NCBI GenBank assembly: GCA_030141605.1
Contig: JAQGDQ010000005.1
Location: 434,001 to 498,000, forward strand
From: Tubiluchus corallicola
Taxonomy: Eukaryota; Animalia; Priapulida
DNA: 64,000 nucleotides
Reading direction: 5' to 3'
Part shown: positions 1 through 15,300 of the stretch, one piece after another
How positions within the stretch are numbered: the stretch's first letter is position 1
Layout of the letters: each line of letters begins with the position of its first letter
Made by a program: the position numbers and the translations under genes
Notes under the pieces: generated by a model
Database searches by the model: none
The model's input: the letters and a program-made list of their open reading frames with translations, nothing else
What the model was told of the DNA's origin: nothing

Positions 1-3000
1 GAAGAAGCGTGTAGGAAGGCAAATTATTATGCAAAGGCAGAAAAGAAGCCCTGAGAACTCAGAACTAAGTTAAGTCGAATTCAACTTAATGAAGCATAAG
101 GTGTGCTAGGCAATCTAGCTGGTAATGATATTTTCCTGCTCTTTATTTTTGCATACAATGGACAGTTTTGTTTATTTATTATGCAAACAATTGACTGATT
201 CATTCCTATGAAACATTTTCAATGGGGCCAGGTTTTCCAGTGTTAATTATATGGGTCACCTGTTACTGCTGCATATAATTCTAAAACAAATTTTAATCAG
301 AAACACCTATTAGTTCTTAATGAAATTTTTAATTTATTAATAATTTCTTTAAAGCTAAATAAAAAGAATAAACAAAGGTATGCATCACAGTTAACTGAGT
401 AATAATTATACGTTCAGTTTATGATCTTGGTTTCAGGATAAAGCATATTAATTTTCACTTTTTTGCATGTCACCCTGCATGTACACCCTGTTGTACTTAT
501 GAGATATCGGCCATAACATTTGTTACGAAGTCATCAAATGTTTGCCAGTAAAATTCTCTTTCATAAAGAGCCTTCTTAGTTTATTTCTGTTTCAACTTCG
601 ACCCCAGAAAATAACAACACAAAGTAATTTCTAAAATAAAACTCTATGTCAATGCACCCACAATGGCACATCGCAGAAGTTAGAGGTTTTGATCTATATT
701 GCATATATACTATATACACTTTCATTACAAAAAGCTTTGTGTAATGAAATACTTTGTTAACACTAATAAAAAATTAATGAATTGAGTACTGTAACTGAAA
801 AACCTTTGCAGACGGTGATAATTTTTCATTCGTTGATTAACAGTACATTATGTGCTAACTTTCACACACATTTATTAAAAAGCATTTAATCCCAAACATA
901 GCCGCATTTTTTATGTGTATCGGCACACTGCAAGCAGGAATTCAGCACACAGTGACATAGCCTACTAGGCGATACAGTTGCAGTGAGTGCAAAACTGAAC
1001 TCATTAACAAGGGTAATCACCTGAGTAAGACAATGGACCAGTAGGGATGCGGCACACAGATGCTTCAGCTGTGTTTGAATTAGTATACTACCTCCTCCAA
1101 TGAGAGAAGTTGTCGGAAACCGAATCCATGTGCTAACCAAACTCAACATTGTTTTACTTCCACAACAGCGACCACTCAGTTGTTATCACATCCCACCATA
1201 GATGGCAATACAAATAAATGATGTGAGTCATATAACCACAATAAATATAGCAACTTTAACTTTTAACGCATATAAATACTTTTATTACTTTACAAATTAG
1301 CCAGTATTTCAAAGAACATTAATCAAGTTTTTTTGTCACAACCAGCAAAGGTAAATCTCATATAAACATCTCACCACACTCTAAAAATGAGCAAACAGAA
1401 ATTTATACGATTGAGTTCAATTAATAATTTTTTATGTAAATCGGAGAAAAATTAAAGAAGAACACATTAAACAATAAACATGCCCTAACTAGTTAAATGC
1501 AATTTCATACAACTAGCTACACATTGGAATTTATGTTGTAGATTAACATAACCAATAATCACAGGGGGATTAGAAGGTTTACCTGAAATATTATTTGACA
1601 GTATGGAAGCAATGGGTGTAACAAGCCAAATAGAATTCCTACCAGATGTCTACTGTTATGATCTTTATATGGAGTATTTTAACAACAATAGATATAATTT
1701 TCCATTACATAATAATACAGCATATGCACCGTATACATTATTATCCCCAGAATAAACAAATATGAAGGCAACCTGAAGGAAACAGTGTTGTCAAATTTAT
1801 GCTTATGAAATGCCAAAAATAAGATTCAGGTAAGACAACCACTACAATACCACAATAAATGGACGGTTCACATTAGCACTTTTACGAATTCTTTTGTGAA
1901 CACAGTTCATTTTCCAGATTTTTGGCTTTTTGCAAATACCAAATTTTACCAAGAAAATGCTGTTTACCAGAAATAGCTTGTTTCACTAATTGAAACTTAG
2001 TAGCAAAAAAAAACAGCTACAAAGAATTCTGAAAAAAAAACAAGATGTGCTAAATACTGCAGTATGTTGATATGGTTATCATTAACAACACTATTACACA
2101 AATAAAATTAAAAGAACATACAATTACCATAAAGATCAGATACTAACAAGTAATTTTATAGATGACTTTTACAGCATATTCACTGTTTGATAAATACCAC
2201 AAAATTTTTAAAAGTGCTATATATATGTACAAATAATAACAAAGCTCTAGTTAAAATTGCGCAAATTGCAAGCACTGCTTAAAGATTAAAGTACGCAGAA
2301 AAAATACTACAATGGCAGTTTGAAGCTAAGCAAAATCACATATTTAAAACCTAACGTTCCCATTCACAGGTAGTTTAGTTCCCATTACACAGAACATTAT
2401 TCCAGAAACATACTAATACCAGCAAGACACCATTGGACCTAGCTACATAGGCATATCAAATACTAAGTAGCATATAAACAAAAAGTTACAAATCCAGTAT
2501 CACAAACAATAAAGCAAAATTTGAAACATGATGAAACATCTATGATCTCACAACAAGTGTGTAGAACAAGTTGCATATTCTCGAAATTTTAGTTGAAATA
2601 GAATTACTGCTAATATATACAAATTATTAGCTTGAAAGCAATAAACTGTAAAGCTGCACAATACACTGAATACAGCCAATTTCTTGCTGATACATGTAAA
2701 GCACATTTTATAAAAATATATTCATCAAAACATTGAAAGGCACAGAAAAAACGTCCTTTGCAACACAGACAATAACATAATGATGAAATCTAACTAAAAA
2801 TTCCACAAAAATATACAATTTTATTAGAATAAATGAATAAAGGTGGAATATATAATCCTACAACTAATTTATGACATAACCTCACAGATTATAAACTGCA
2901 ACAGCACTCATATATATATAAATTTATAGGAATGTCATAACCAATTTAAACTAAATTAGCATGTACAATATTAATAAAAGTATTCATTTGACATGAGGAA

Positions 3001-3042
3001 TGGTTACACTTTCCACGAAAACAAACCATAAAAATTCTCTGG

Positions 3043-3312
3043 TCAAATTTCTGTGATAATAACTCGCCTTTCCACAGTCTGAGCTCCAATGGCAGAAGTA
3101 GGCCGACTTGGTTCTTCCTTGACATCGTCAACTAGCCATGGAGATAACACGGCCTTTTCTTTCTTCACAGATAGCTTTAATGGTTTCACAGATTGGTTAA
3201 CTGGTTGCGCTGTTGGCTCAATGTTGCTACTTGAACTAGCGGATGACGTTGAACGACTGACATTACTGTTATTATCACCTCCATCTTGAGCCACTCTTGC
3301 AGTTGCATGTGA
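3043..3312 (-). CDS. EPB41L5: EPB41L5 last coding exon, ending ...ERRVIITEI-stop
   Basis: Acceptor ttttgtcttcctgttAG in phase 0. The C-terminus T-E-I matches the T-E-L PDZ-binding tail of EPB41L5. Confidence 0.85.
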   Translation of the reverse strand, partial: SHATARVAQDGGDNNSNVSRSTSSASSSSNIEPTAQPVNQSVKPLKLSVKKEKAVLSPWLVDDVKEEPSRPTSAIGAQTVERRVIITEI

Positions 3313-6300
3313 CTAACAGGAAGACAAAATTCATAATTATTATTCTGTGGTTGATTCAACTTATCAAATGCCTGCAATAACAAAGTTACATAGCCATGCT
3401 AGCCGAAATGATGAAATGTTTTACTTAAACATTATTTTACTTAAACAAATAAATATAATCAAGTACTAATAGTAACAACTTATTTCTTAATAATATTAGT
3501 CAATGTATGCACAACTAATAAACGTTCTAACAAAATTTGTATAGCGTCTGAGACTGAGTAGATTTCTTATTTTGTTGTTATCATTAATTGATTGATATAA
3601 TAAGTTGTAAATTCATGAAATATGCCAAGTTTACAAAGTCAACAAGGGATCTGGCCAGAATTCTGAGGTGCAGAATTCTTGGATTTGAAGCATAGGTCAA
3701 CGAAATAAAAGAGGAACCAAGTTACAATACAGTTAAAAACACCAAGCAAGGTAAAATTGTAATATTTCTACTAGTGGTAATAGAAGCACTAGATTTGTTT
3801 ATCAAAACTTGATAACAAAGCTAAAGTTGCTTAAACAAATAGAGCTATACTAAGTTATACCTTTGGTGACAGTTGTGCATCACTAGAAGAACTTCGATAG
3901 CCATTAGCGAGAGGGCTCTTTGATCGAGTTAAGGAGTTTTGCAACACATTTGTAGACGAATTAGGAATATTTTGCGCAGTTTCTACAGTCTCCTGGTCAA
4001 CTTCCAATTCTAAAATTTCACTGTAAAAAAATAAAAATATTTAATGCAGCAACATTAAATATTTTCAAAACTAAAATACCAGTACAGTAAATTTATGTAA
4101 TGCAAAACAACGGATTAGGCAAGACTGCTTAGGACAGGGGTCCCCAAACTTTTTAGACAATTGATCCCTTCATGGTGTCATTAATTTCTCATCGACACCC
4201 AGGCAATGCAGGCATGTACAAAAAAGAAATATTAATAATAATTAAGTAGATGCGCAGTTTCGATAAACCAAGCCCTGCAAAACTATTGTTCTGTATCCCC
4301 TCCGCCGCTGCGAACATCTCTCATGAAATATAGGGAAATAAAAGGGAAAAACTGTTTACTGTTATTGTAGAAATCATAAGCAATGTACAAAATATTGAAT
4401 ATAATGTTGGAAATCAACATAAAAGTGTTCAAACTTATTTAAATACTGTAAACACATAATGATAAATGAATATGTCGCACGAAATATGGCCCCAGTGTTT
4501 ATCGACCTCTTGGATAGTCCCATTCGACCCTCAGGCTACAATATCGACCACTTTGAAGACCCCTGGCTTAGGATAAAAATAAGCACATTTTAGATGTACA
4601 ACGAAGCTTCAAACTATAGAACAATATAGGTGCAGTTAGAACCAAAACAAATCCCACAATGTAGTTCATCTATATCACATCCTGTAGATATACATCAGTA
4701 TGAAAAGAGCATAATTTCGGTTAAAGTGCTTCACATGCACTAACAAGACATGAAGTCAACGAATAGATTTTACTTTTAAGTATAAATTTCTGCATATCTC
4801 AAAAGCAAATGATCGAAATTATACCAATTTTCCATGTCACACATTAAGATTTATGTTACACATTTAACAGGATTGGGTAATGAATACGAAAATCGTATTG
4901 CGACACTTTCTTGTATTGCCATACGTATTGCGATATATTGCTATTTTATAATAAACAAGTTTAAATAAGTAGGACTAATTTCAAATCACTGTATTACCTT
5001 ACTCAAGTAAACTCAAATAAGACTGATTTTAAAGTCCTATTTTTTCTGGATTTCAGATCACTCTAACTGGATGACAAGTTTCCATATATTGCCAGTTCAT
5101 TATTACACATAATAATGCTATATGAAAATTAAATTCGAAGAAAAAAATTAAATAATGTTACTGCTGTTAATGTTTTCTACATATTTGTTTAAAAAGGTTT
5201 GACTGCCAGTCCACTTTTACAAAGGTCAAATGTGCATTATAATACGTGAGGTCCATCTTCCAATCATTCTACTTTACATCTGATTTGAGTTTTTGTTACA
5301 GTTTTCATCATTATCAACTATTTTCCGTGCAGCTTTTTCAGTCTACTGTGTGTCCAAGAAAATTCAAAGAGAATTACTCAAAACTTAAAAAATGAAAGCT
5401 ACGTATGCCATCCACAAAATGGGTGCAAACTAGAGAGACCACAACAGTGACTGATAAGTAGCACATATTACTGGCTGCCATGCAGGCAGTAATCTAGTTA
5501 CGAGTCAGTTGTAGATAGGAGTGCCTGAGTGACTCATACATGACAAAAACCTAAAAGCATGCTTAAAATCTGTGTCCAATAAAATTCGCAAAACTGATTT
5601 ATCGAGACTGCACGCTAAAAAAATCTGTGCCCAACATGCAAGTCAGACACATTTTGTATAGTATGTTACCTGTATTACAGGCAGAAAATTGCATGGTGTT
5701 AATTATTATTCCTTACATTGAAATCATTTTACTCGACAGTTATTTACATAGCAGTTTGGTTAAGCTATTTACCAATTAATTTCATTATTATATGGAATTA
5801 ATTAGCCCCTTGGCACACAGGGTACCTCAGAAGTCAGTACACACTTTACATTTTTTATAATTGTCCGCAAATGAAGAAAAACGTTTAAGAACAGATAGAT
5901 GAACTAAAACCTAGGCAATTTTTTTTAGTCAAATTAGGTGAAAATATGAAAAACTACTGCATTAGTGGACTTCACTATTTTTGCTACTTTCATCAGTGAC
6001 CTCCTGAAGACAAGTTCAATGGCAGGTCAGGTATCTTCAGTCGAAAAAGCCCCTAATAGCTCATGAGTAGTGAAAAATGACTACGTTTGTTGAAAAATTA
6101 TGTTGTCGATAGAAAATACTAAGAAAATAGTGTCTGCTGGACTTCAATTGGTGATCGAAGGGCCTCCTTCCAGGTTGATTTTGCAGTTTGCACCTTATTT
6201 CTAGCATTACAGTCAACACTACAGTAACAGGGTTCCAGTTAAAAAGTAAGCAAAACGAATTGCCGAAGGCCCTTTTGGATTCATGTTGTTCATGGAACTT

Positions 6301-9300
6301 GCTGAGATAGAGAAAAAAATTAAAGAAAATTAGAAATAAATGTGTATAGCAAATTTTGACATTGAACCATGTGTATTGTACCACGAAATAGTACAAAAAC
6401 AAAAAAAACAGATATATCGTGTATCACAATATATCGCGCAACCCAAACATTTAAAAACAAAAGGACAATATTGCAGGTTAAAGCCGACTTAGTGAATTTT
6501 GTAATGCCAACACATGACAAACTGGAACAAAAATAAACATCACTTACTCTGTGAAAGCTACATTTACAGGTTTAAATGATTGAAAACTACAGTCACGTTT
6601 ACATGTCAATGTCAAACTAAAACCATTTCACAGAAAATATAATACTTGGTCTCACAGAATCTTATTTTGCACTTATGCAGCTCAATGATGGCACAGGTAC
6701 TAGTATCTTTGTTATTCTGAATAGGTTGTACTAAGGCTGAGACGGTCAAACGTTTAAACGGTTCGCTAACGGTGTAACCTTTTAGAAAATCACTTAGGAA
6801 TGGTTAAACAGTTAACCGACCACAATTAGTAACGTTTAAATGGTTGGATAAAAAGCCTAACCGTCTCAGCCCCAGGTTCTACTTACGACTGATCAACTTT
6901 ATTTTCATTCTTCAGCAGTGGAGCAGTTATTGAAGAAGGACTGTTCAGTGATCGGGGTGACGAGGCCGTAGACGATGACGAATTTGATGACGGAGACACT
7001 AGTGATGTAGGTGAACCAATACTAAAAATTATAAGGAATTATTATAAGGAGCATTATAAGGAACACAAAAATCGCTAATAAATACTTAAAGAATGAAAAT
7101 TAAACATTTTCAAAAAAAATTAGTACAAATAAATGTGCAATCATTTTTTACAATAAAAAGACAAGTTGCTAGTTTCCAATATTTGCATGCATCACATTTA
7201 AAGCACGGTTAATATTTTTGACAGAAGACCTTTTTTTGGTTATTAAACAATAAAACAATGAATTGGCAGTTTAAAACAAAAGAATTCGTATCATGTTGTT
7301 TTATTTCTTTATGATTACAATGCCACAAATGAAACATTCAAGGGTTAATTCAAGAGTTATTTACATTGTAAAGCTCATCTATAGTTAATATCAGCACATT
7401 CTACAGGGATAATAAAAATTATTACCTAAGGCCACTTGGCTCTGCGGACGTTTTTGATAAATTAGGATCTACACGAAGATTATTATTTTTCTCATCTTTG
7501 CTAGATGTCTCTGGTGGAAGTTCGACAGTCAGAACAACATTATCAGCTTTGAAATTATTAAAAATTATTATTAAGAACACCTCAAGACAATTATATATAC
7601 TGCAGTAGTGTATTAACAGAATCTTTATAACTCAGCTTCGTGATGCAGTTTTAAATTCAGTGACCAAAACAAGGCACTGCCAATTTCACACATATTTGAT
7701 ACAGGTAGTATAATGTTCGAAGTAGCCTTAGCTATTGCAAGACATAGAACAAAATGTAAATTGGCTGTAAACTCATTTTGCATCCCCATTCTTAAGTTAC
7801 TAATATTATGGAGATACTAATATTACAAAATGAAATTTATAAATTAATCTTCTCACATTAAAAAATTACCCTACTGATTTTCAAATGTTATAAGACTGCT
7901 GTTAAATCAGTGATTTCTTCAAGATGAAATCAAGTTTATAAACTAATCTTATCTCATGAGTCACAAAGCAGTCATAAATCAAGAGTGTCAGATGGCTTGT
8001 CTAGAAAGAGTACATATATAAAAAGACTTTTTGCAAAAAAAAATAAATGAAAATCATACATTTCATCATTTCTTCTTCCACTTTAGCCTTAAGAATATTA
8101 CACTTCAGCTGATCAGGTGGTATTGTTCCATGGCCACCAGTAAATTTTGTTTGGTTGTTTTTAAACGTGTTTGCTTCCATGGGGTTTGCTCTGGCACTGG
8201 GAGGAGTTAACGGCTTGGTGCTGTCCAAGTTCTTCATCTTAGCTGCCATTGCTTCTGACTTTTCTGCTTCTGTTGCTACAACTAATATTAATGCCAACTT
8301 ACAAAATTGCATAATATTAAATTTATAAAGTTTAATCAAACAGTAACAAAACATTTCGAACAACTGTCCTATTTGCTGTCAAACTAATTATGCACAAAAA
8401 TATTTTCTAAAACATTTTCACAACATGCCCAATATTTTTTTAACCATGTTACAAATACTTATGAGGTAGGCCGAATATATCGATAATATTTAACACACTT
8501 CAATTACAAGAAAGTGTTAAATAAATAAATTTTAGAAAAATTCTTACACTAAAACCCTCCAACACATTTCAGTTACATTTTGTTAATACCAAAAAAGTAA
8601 AAAATGCCGCTTATGTTGTGCTAAAACTAGACTTCTTTAACAAGAATTTCACCGAGGCATAGTTATGATAGTGTACATTTTGTTTTTGCTGAAAAAATTC
8701 ACAGAATGAGGAACATCCACAATCTAATTATGTGAAATGTAGTTATAATAACTGTACTACAAGAGTTACAATTCAAATATTCATAGATACATACAATGTT
8801 AATCAGATATGCTGAGGAAAATAAAATTATATGTCTTATAAATTTGTAAATATGGAAGAAATATGACTTATCTGCTTGAAACTCCATTAAAAAGACAAAA
8901 TATTAACACAAATAAAAATACATTTATTCCAAAATGACAAAATCTGTTGAAAAAGTAGATATCATTAGAAATGAAATGGACATCTAAATATTTCCAAATT
9001 ATATCAGCAACAATATTTATTACGTAATACCTGTACTGCTTGTAGACTCTGAGGCTGCACTACTAGCAGCAATAGGGACTGTTGGACTAAGTGCTAACTT
9101 TGATTCAGATTTTTCACTTTTCTGTGATTTTTCTGTTGAATTACTTGCTGATTCTGACTTGCTTGTGCCAGCTTCAGGGTTAGATGCTGCTGCTGTTGCA
9201 GTACTAAAATAAAAAATAAACAAAAAGTGAGGACTGCGATTCATGGTAATTAATAAAAGGAAACGTGTTTCTAATGACAAAAGTTCAGGAGTGAAATATG

Positions 9301-12300
9301 ATAAATCACCAGTGATAATACAACGCTAGCGGAATTGAAACATGATCCATTTTAACTAAAACATGCAAAAATTTGAAATTTCAGTTGTATTAAGAAAAAC
9401 TTGCAATAATTATTTAGTTACATTTACAAAACTTAATTTCTTTATATAACTTAATTGCTTCATTTAGTGAATACTATTATTCAAGTGCTTAATTTCACAA
9501 GAACTTGCTCCACTCATTAATGTACTTTACTGCTGAAATTAATTTTTGTAAAACACTTAAATAATTACTGATTAATTGCTTTAGTTAAGTTTTAGTTTTC
9601 CAAGATTCGCTATTACATTTGCTTTGCAAGTTGCTAATTCCAGTGTGATTTATACAGTATTAAACCTATTATGAATACCGGAGTTGCACTATTAAAAGAC
9701 TTGCAAGAATTCACCAGGCTTGGCTGTAACATGTGTTTTCTAACTGGACTACACATTAGTTGATCGCTCAGCTCAGTAGCTTTACATCTTAGGCCTAGTA
9801 TAGCATATATTTAATTTAGCTTATCGCAGTTTAGTTTACTTATCAACTGCTGAACAAATTGGAGATTTTGCCACTGGAGAGGAAGGAAAAGGAAATAATT
9901 AACGATTTTTTAGAACTGCTGCACACAGTCAAACACCTTTAGTGAAACTCAAATTGGACTCAAAATCTGAAAAAAGAAAATAACAAAAGATCTATATGGT
10001 CACATTTGCCTGGTTTTCCTTTCCAAGTTATCCAAGTATGTTAAATGGAGTAAGAGTAAAAATCACCTTGATTTTCACAGGCTTAAAAATTATGGATGAA
10101 GAGAATTATAGGACTTTTCACCAAATCGGTAAAGCATAATGCTCTTAAAAAGCAATTTCCAAACAAGTATGTATAATTCTATGTGCATTTTTGTAAGTCA
10201 GCTAGTATTTAGTGATTGCAAACTGCCATTTTAGAGTATAATAGTTGAGCTGCAGTCATTTTTGCTGCCATTTATACAATCAGGCACGATAAATTTGGCA
10301 CATCCTGGCCAAAATATCAAATTTACTCAATATAGGAGTTTGCTCTCAAGAAATTTCTATTTACGCATAGCGCACAGTTAAACACAAAATTTAGTATAAA
10401 GATTATTCTCATATCCAGGTCCAAATACATTATTAATCTTTTAACATATTAGAATTTTATGTTTGTGACACTAATACTTGTGCAGAAAAAGGTGTTTACA
10501 TGGTAAACAGAAATTCACACGTGAATAATCAGTACCTTTTCTTTGGGGTTGAAGTCTGGTTTGGTGGAGACTGTTTAGCCAAACGTTCACGTATAACATG
10601 CGACTGACGACGAGAGAAACGTTGACTAGGTCGTCGTTCAAATGGCACTGTTCTACGTCCACGATTGTTCTGAGCTGTTTGAAACTCAGTTTTTCCGCTG
10701 TATCGGAACCTGGAACCCATCCTCAGAAAACCTTGCTTGTTATGCTTCATTTGCGGTGCTGTTCGTAACCTTCAGATTAAAAAAAGTTTAGCACCCTGTA
10801 CTAAAAACTCTGACATGCATTTGCATTCAATTCAATAACTCAAAAGGGAAGCACAGCAATTAAATTTCATGCAAACAGTTGATGCTACTTTTGAAAGTAA
10901 TGATGCCTTATTTACAAAAACGGTGCAACATAATCAATGTAATACTCGCTTGTTATTACACCGATCTGGAAAAAGTGCAGCAGCAAAAAGGATAGAGAAC
11001 TAAAAACAGCAAAAATAATAAATCGACAGTTACATTTTTTGAATATGTAACAGTTTCAACAAATACAAAAGTTTAACCACTGATGTTCTTTGGTGCACAA
11101 CAGATATATAGATATTTTTATTCACTCACTCTTAAAGAAGAAGCATCAAACTAAACAAAAATATGAGTATACACGTTTATATTTACCTAAATATTTATAT
11201 TGCCTAAACACATTTGTATTTATTATACCTAAAAAATGCATGGTACTCTACAGCACATTTCCATAAATGCTTGCAAGCTTTTTGATTATGTAGCCTAAAC
11301 ACAAACATGTGTTCCTTTTCCTTTCCATCCTCATCATCCTCTACTACCTGTATTGTTAACTTCTTACCCTTGAAATCTAGTCTGGTCATTTTAGGCCTGA
11401 AATAAAATTTGTGCAGAAATTAAACTGTGCCACTGAAGATATGTTTCTCCCTCAACATTTATGTTTATAAATTTGATCAAAATCTCGTGAGTCTTTATAG
11501 ATTTCTGTAAAAATGAGACTAATTCAGCATGTGGAATTTACATGTAATATAACATTAACAATAATAATTCTCTTCTATTCAGATAATATTAAATGGTTTT
11601 GTACAAAGCATTTATGATACAGCAGAACCTTAAATTTGATATTTTTTCTTCTGAGCAAAACTCTTTTAAACAAAAATTAATTATATATGTGTATATATAA
11701 AAAAGAATTATTCAGTTTTAAGACAAACACTGTAGTGTAATAAAAGACCTGTATATAAAACATTTAAGCACTGTGCAGTGTGACAAAGATAAACAGTTAC
11801 CAGAAAAATAAGCCTATTTTCTGTGAATCCTCAAAAACTAGTAGACCTGTTGGAGTTAAACCAAGTCCGTATTGTAGTCCATCTTTGCCCTAAAATATGA
11901 ATAATAATAAAAGAACATGTAGCACTTACATTACTTTCAAGTAATCTACTGAAATCAACAACGTGCCTTTACTGTGCTATTAAAGAACTATTATGTGAAA
12001 TAAATGAAAACAAATTTGGCTTACAGCAAAAAAGATAGTGTCAGGCTAGTGTTTGTTGTACTGCAGCATGAATGGTGCTACTGTTAGTTTACTGACAGTT
12101 ATCAAAAACCTATATAACCCACTATAATTAGAAATTATTGTATAGAAGTATGTGCTTTTGGACCTTGTGTCAGAGTATGAGACAAACACACATACCATAA
12201 CATGATGCATGTCAACTCCGTATAGCTCTAACCATTTGGCTTTATTTAAAAAGTTCAGTTCAGCTTGAGCAGGATTTTGACCTCTGTAAATACAAATGGA

Positions 12301-15300
12301 GTATAAGAACTTAAAACTAACAAATGGCAAAATAAAAAAACAAACATTTACAGTTTATAAAATCAAAATTAGTTTCAAAACCCTTGTTTACAAATAAAGC
12401 CACACAGCCCTGAGTAGATGTCTACTTGGAAATAGGTTGACCAGCAAGTCGTAAGCGGTCCACACTAAAGGGACAATCAACCTGAGTATAGCAGACATTG
12501 GCTTATTTTGAATGAACACCACTCTTTATTAATTAACAATCAAAGGAGGGGGCAGCAGACAACTCATTTGTTAAGCAAATGTGCCCACATGCCCACTCAC
12601 TAGATTGTTATGACTACGATGTATGCCCAAAACAATTATTTTATTTATAACTTGTTCTTGAATAAAGTTGGCTGACATTAAAAAGTAACCGAGTGTTGGA
12701 TGTACCTTGAAAAAGTGTTTACTGTGTTTTTTTAAGTAGTAACTACTACTATGTAGTTGAAGTGCAAATGGCTTACATAAAACAAACTGTGTGTGTTCAG
12801 AAAATCTAGAAACAATTCTAGGTTGCTGTGTGTGGAAAATATCAACAATAATATATTGAATCCTAACGTATTACAATTATATGCGATTACTCTTTAAGGA
12901 AGAAACACAACAGGCTTAAAAGGCATTATTAAAAATAATTTACAAAATTTGTGCATTATTTAGAAATCTAGCCACTGCTGTCCAGTACTTACTTGCACTT
13001 TTTAAATTCTTCCACAACTTGAACTTCAAAATCTTCTGTTTGACTGGGAATGAATCTGAATTCTGAGACAAAAGCTGGTGTATGTTCCTCTGCATCATAA
13101 TCACCCACTTCAGCTGAATTGCAAAGAACCATTGGTAACAACAAGAAACATCATATTTGCAGAAAAAGTGCAGAGTCTGTGTTCCCACAGTAAAGAAAAA
13201 CAAGTTTATTGTATCGATGTTTAACCAGTTCCAAAAGCGAAGACATAATAGAGTATGTCCACACGTTATTATTCTTTGAACAGGCATTAATTACATGGTA
13301 TGAATAACAACTGTCTACAGGCTGAAGAATACGTACATTGTAAGGTGAGTGCTGCAAGTTCTGCTGCTGTATCACGGGGCACCTCTAATTTCCCACTGAG
13401 GATATCATGCTTTAACTGTAAGAACAACTGGTACCTACATAAAGAAAAATCGTAATTTAAAAATGCACTGCACATAATATGAACAAAAACCAAGGTCCCA
13501 ATTCCTACCGTGTCTGCTAAAAAATGAGTTTAAAAAGCGAACAATCATAGTAAGCTTAAATCAGCAACTACATTTCGAAGAAGCAAAACTCACAAAATCT
13601 TTAAAAAAAGCATAGCCGAGTTTTTAAACAAATGTGATAAAATCATGTACAACTACACACACAAAATTTTTAGCAGAGCAAATGGTTTGATTTCAACAAA
13701 GAGTAACAAACATAGAACTTCTGTAAAACTGACTATAATGAATGCAAACAACATAATTATCAGTTCGTAGTGATAGAAGATTAATAAGACATTTATACCA
13801 CACATTGGGAACAAATGTTATAAAAAAGTTGCCCGGTAAATGCATCACTACTACCAAATAAATTTATACAAAATCCCACAATTAAAACAAGGAAAAAGCA
13901 CAATGTTTTAAATTATCTCTGTAGTTTATCAACAGGTGAAAAAAAAAAGAAGAGAGAGGAAACCACATGAAGTTACCTGTAGTAATTTTTTGGGCTTTTG
14001 TGTGTGTGTGTGTGTGCGTATGTGTGTGTTTGTATGCATGCGTGCGTGTGTGTTTGTGTATGTGTATAAAAATGATAGCTTTCAGTATTTCTTACCAATA
14101 TTTGTACAAAATCCAAAAAAAATTGTTCTGTTTGGTAACTTTATTTTTAGTGACTAAAAATACTATTAATTACTGTTTTTATAAGGATGACAAGGTGGAT
14201 TCAAACTGGAAGAGTCCTTGTTGAGTGACAATCGGGCAACACTGGATTACACCTATATAATAACAGATTAAAAGTACAAACCTAGTAAGTTCTTCATGTA
14301 AGTTGTTAGGTTCTGATGAATAAAACTTTACTCGAAGACGGAATGTGTAAGGAGGTCCAACTGAAAAAAACACAGAAATGTTAATCCAAGTTCTGTAAAA
14401 GTAAACGAGCATAGCTAAGAGGCTGTAGGTCAAAGAACCACTAGACAAAGGACCAATGATCAAAGATTCACCTGAAAAGACAAAAGACCACTGGTTAAAT
14501 GACCAATGGTCAAAATTAGCAGACCAGCAAACAACACAAATGCCAACTGAAAAATCATTTGATATAAATTTCGTCTGGCACTCATAGACTATTATTTGCA
14601 GATGTTAAAGTGTAACGTTCTGCATTATTTTTTCGTCAGCACCTAAGGTACTTATACTCACTAGGTGAAAAATCTTCTTTTTATGCATTGAAAAATTTGA
14701 TTGCTATAAATTAAAAAAAATTAAAATGTATAAAAAATGATGTTTAATCTTCATTAGGCTTAACAAAACAGTTAGCAGAAACATATAAATTTACAGAGGT
14801 ATTATTGGCAACTGTTACCAGTTAACCAAAACATCTAATTTTGACAAAGGCTTTTCTTGCTACTGTGCTTGACTTCATTATACATTTAAAAATAGTACTT
14901 TTTTGTCACTTGGAGCTTGTCCAAAAAGCTCTTACCTCGAATCTCATTCATGGAAAACGTTTTTATTAATGTTTTAAAGCATTTACTTAGTTATTCATAG
15001 TATTTTATCCGTCAGACTTGTGTATAACTGAGTGTTTTTGCCTTTCTTGCAACGCTGTGCACTTTTTACCAAAGGATGTGCTGACAGCAATTTGAATGAA
15101 ATTGCAACTTTTACTTACCAATAATATTTTATTTAACAAAGTGTGCCTGATAATTTTTGGCGATAATAATAATTGATAAATGTTTTGTGTATTTCATTTT
15201 ATTTTTATTTGAAATTTGATTCATACGTTAAAAAAAGGTGGTCCTTTGACCAAAACTTCTCAGTCCATTCTCTGACAAGTGGTGCTTTGAACACTTTTAA

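Noticed and set aside
3089-3289. Plus-strand 66-aa ORF
   Set aside because: Antisense shadow of the last EPB41L5 exon.
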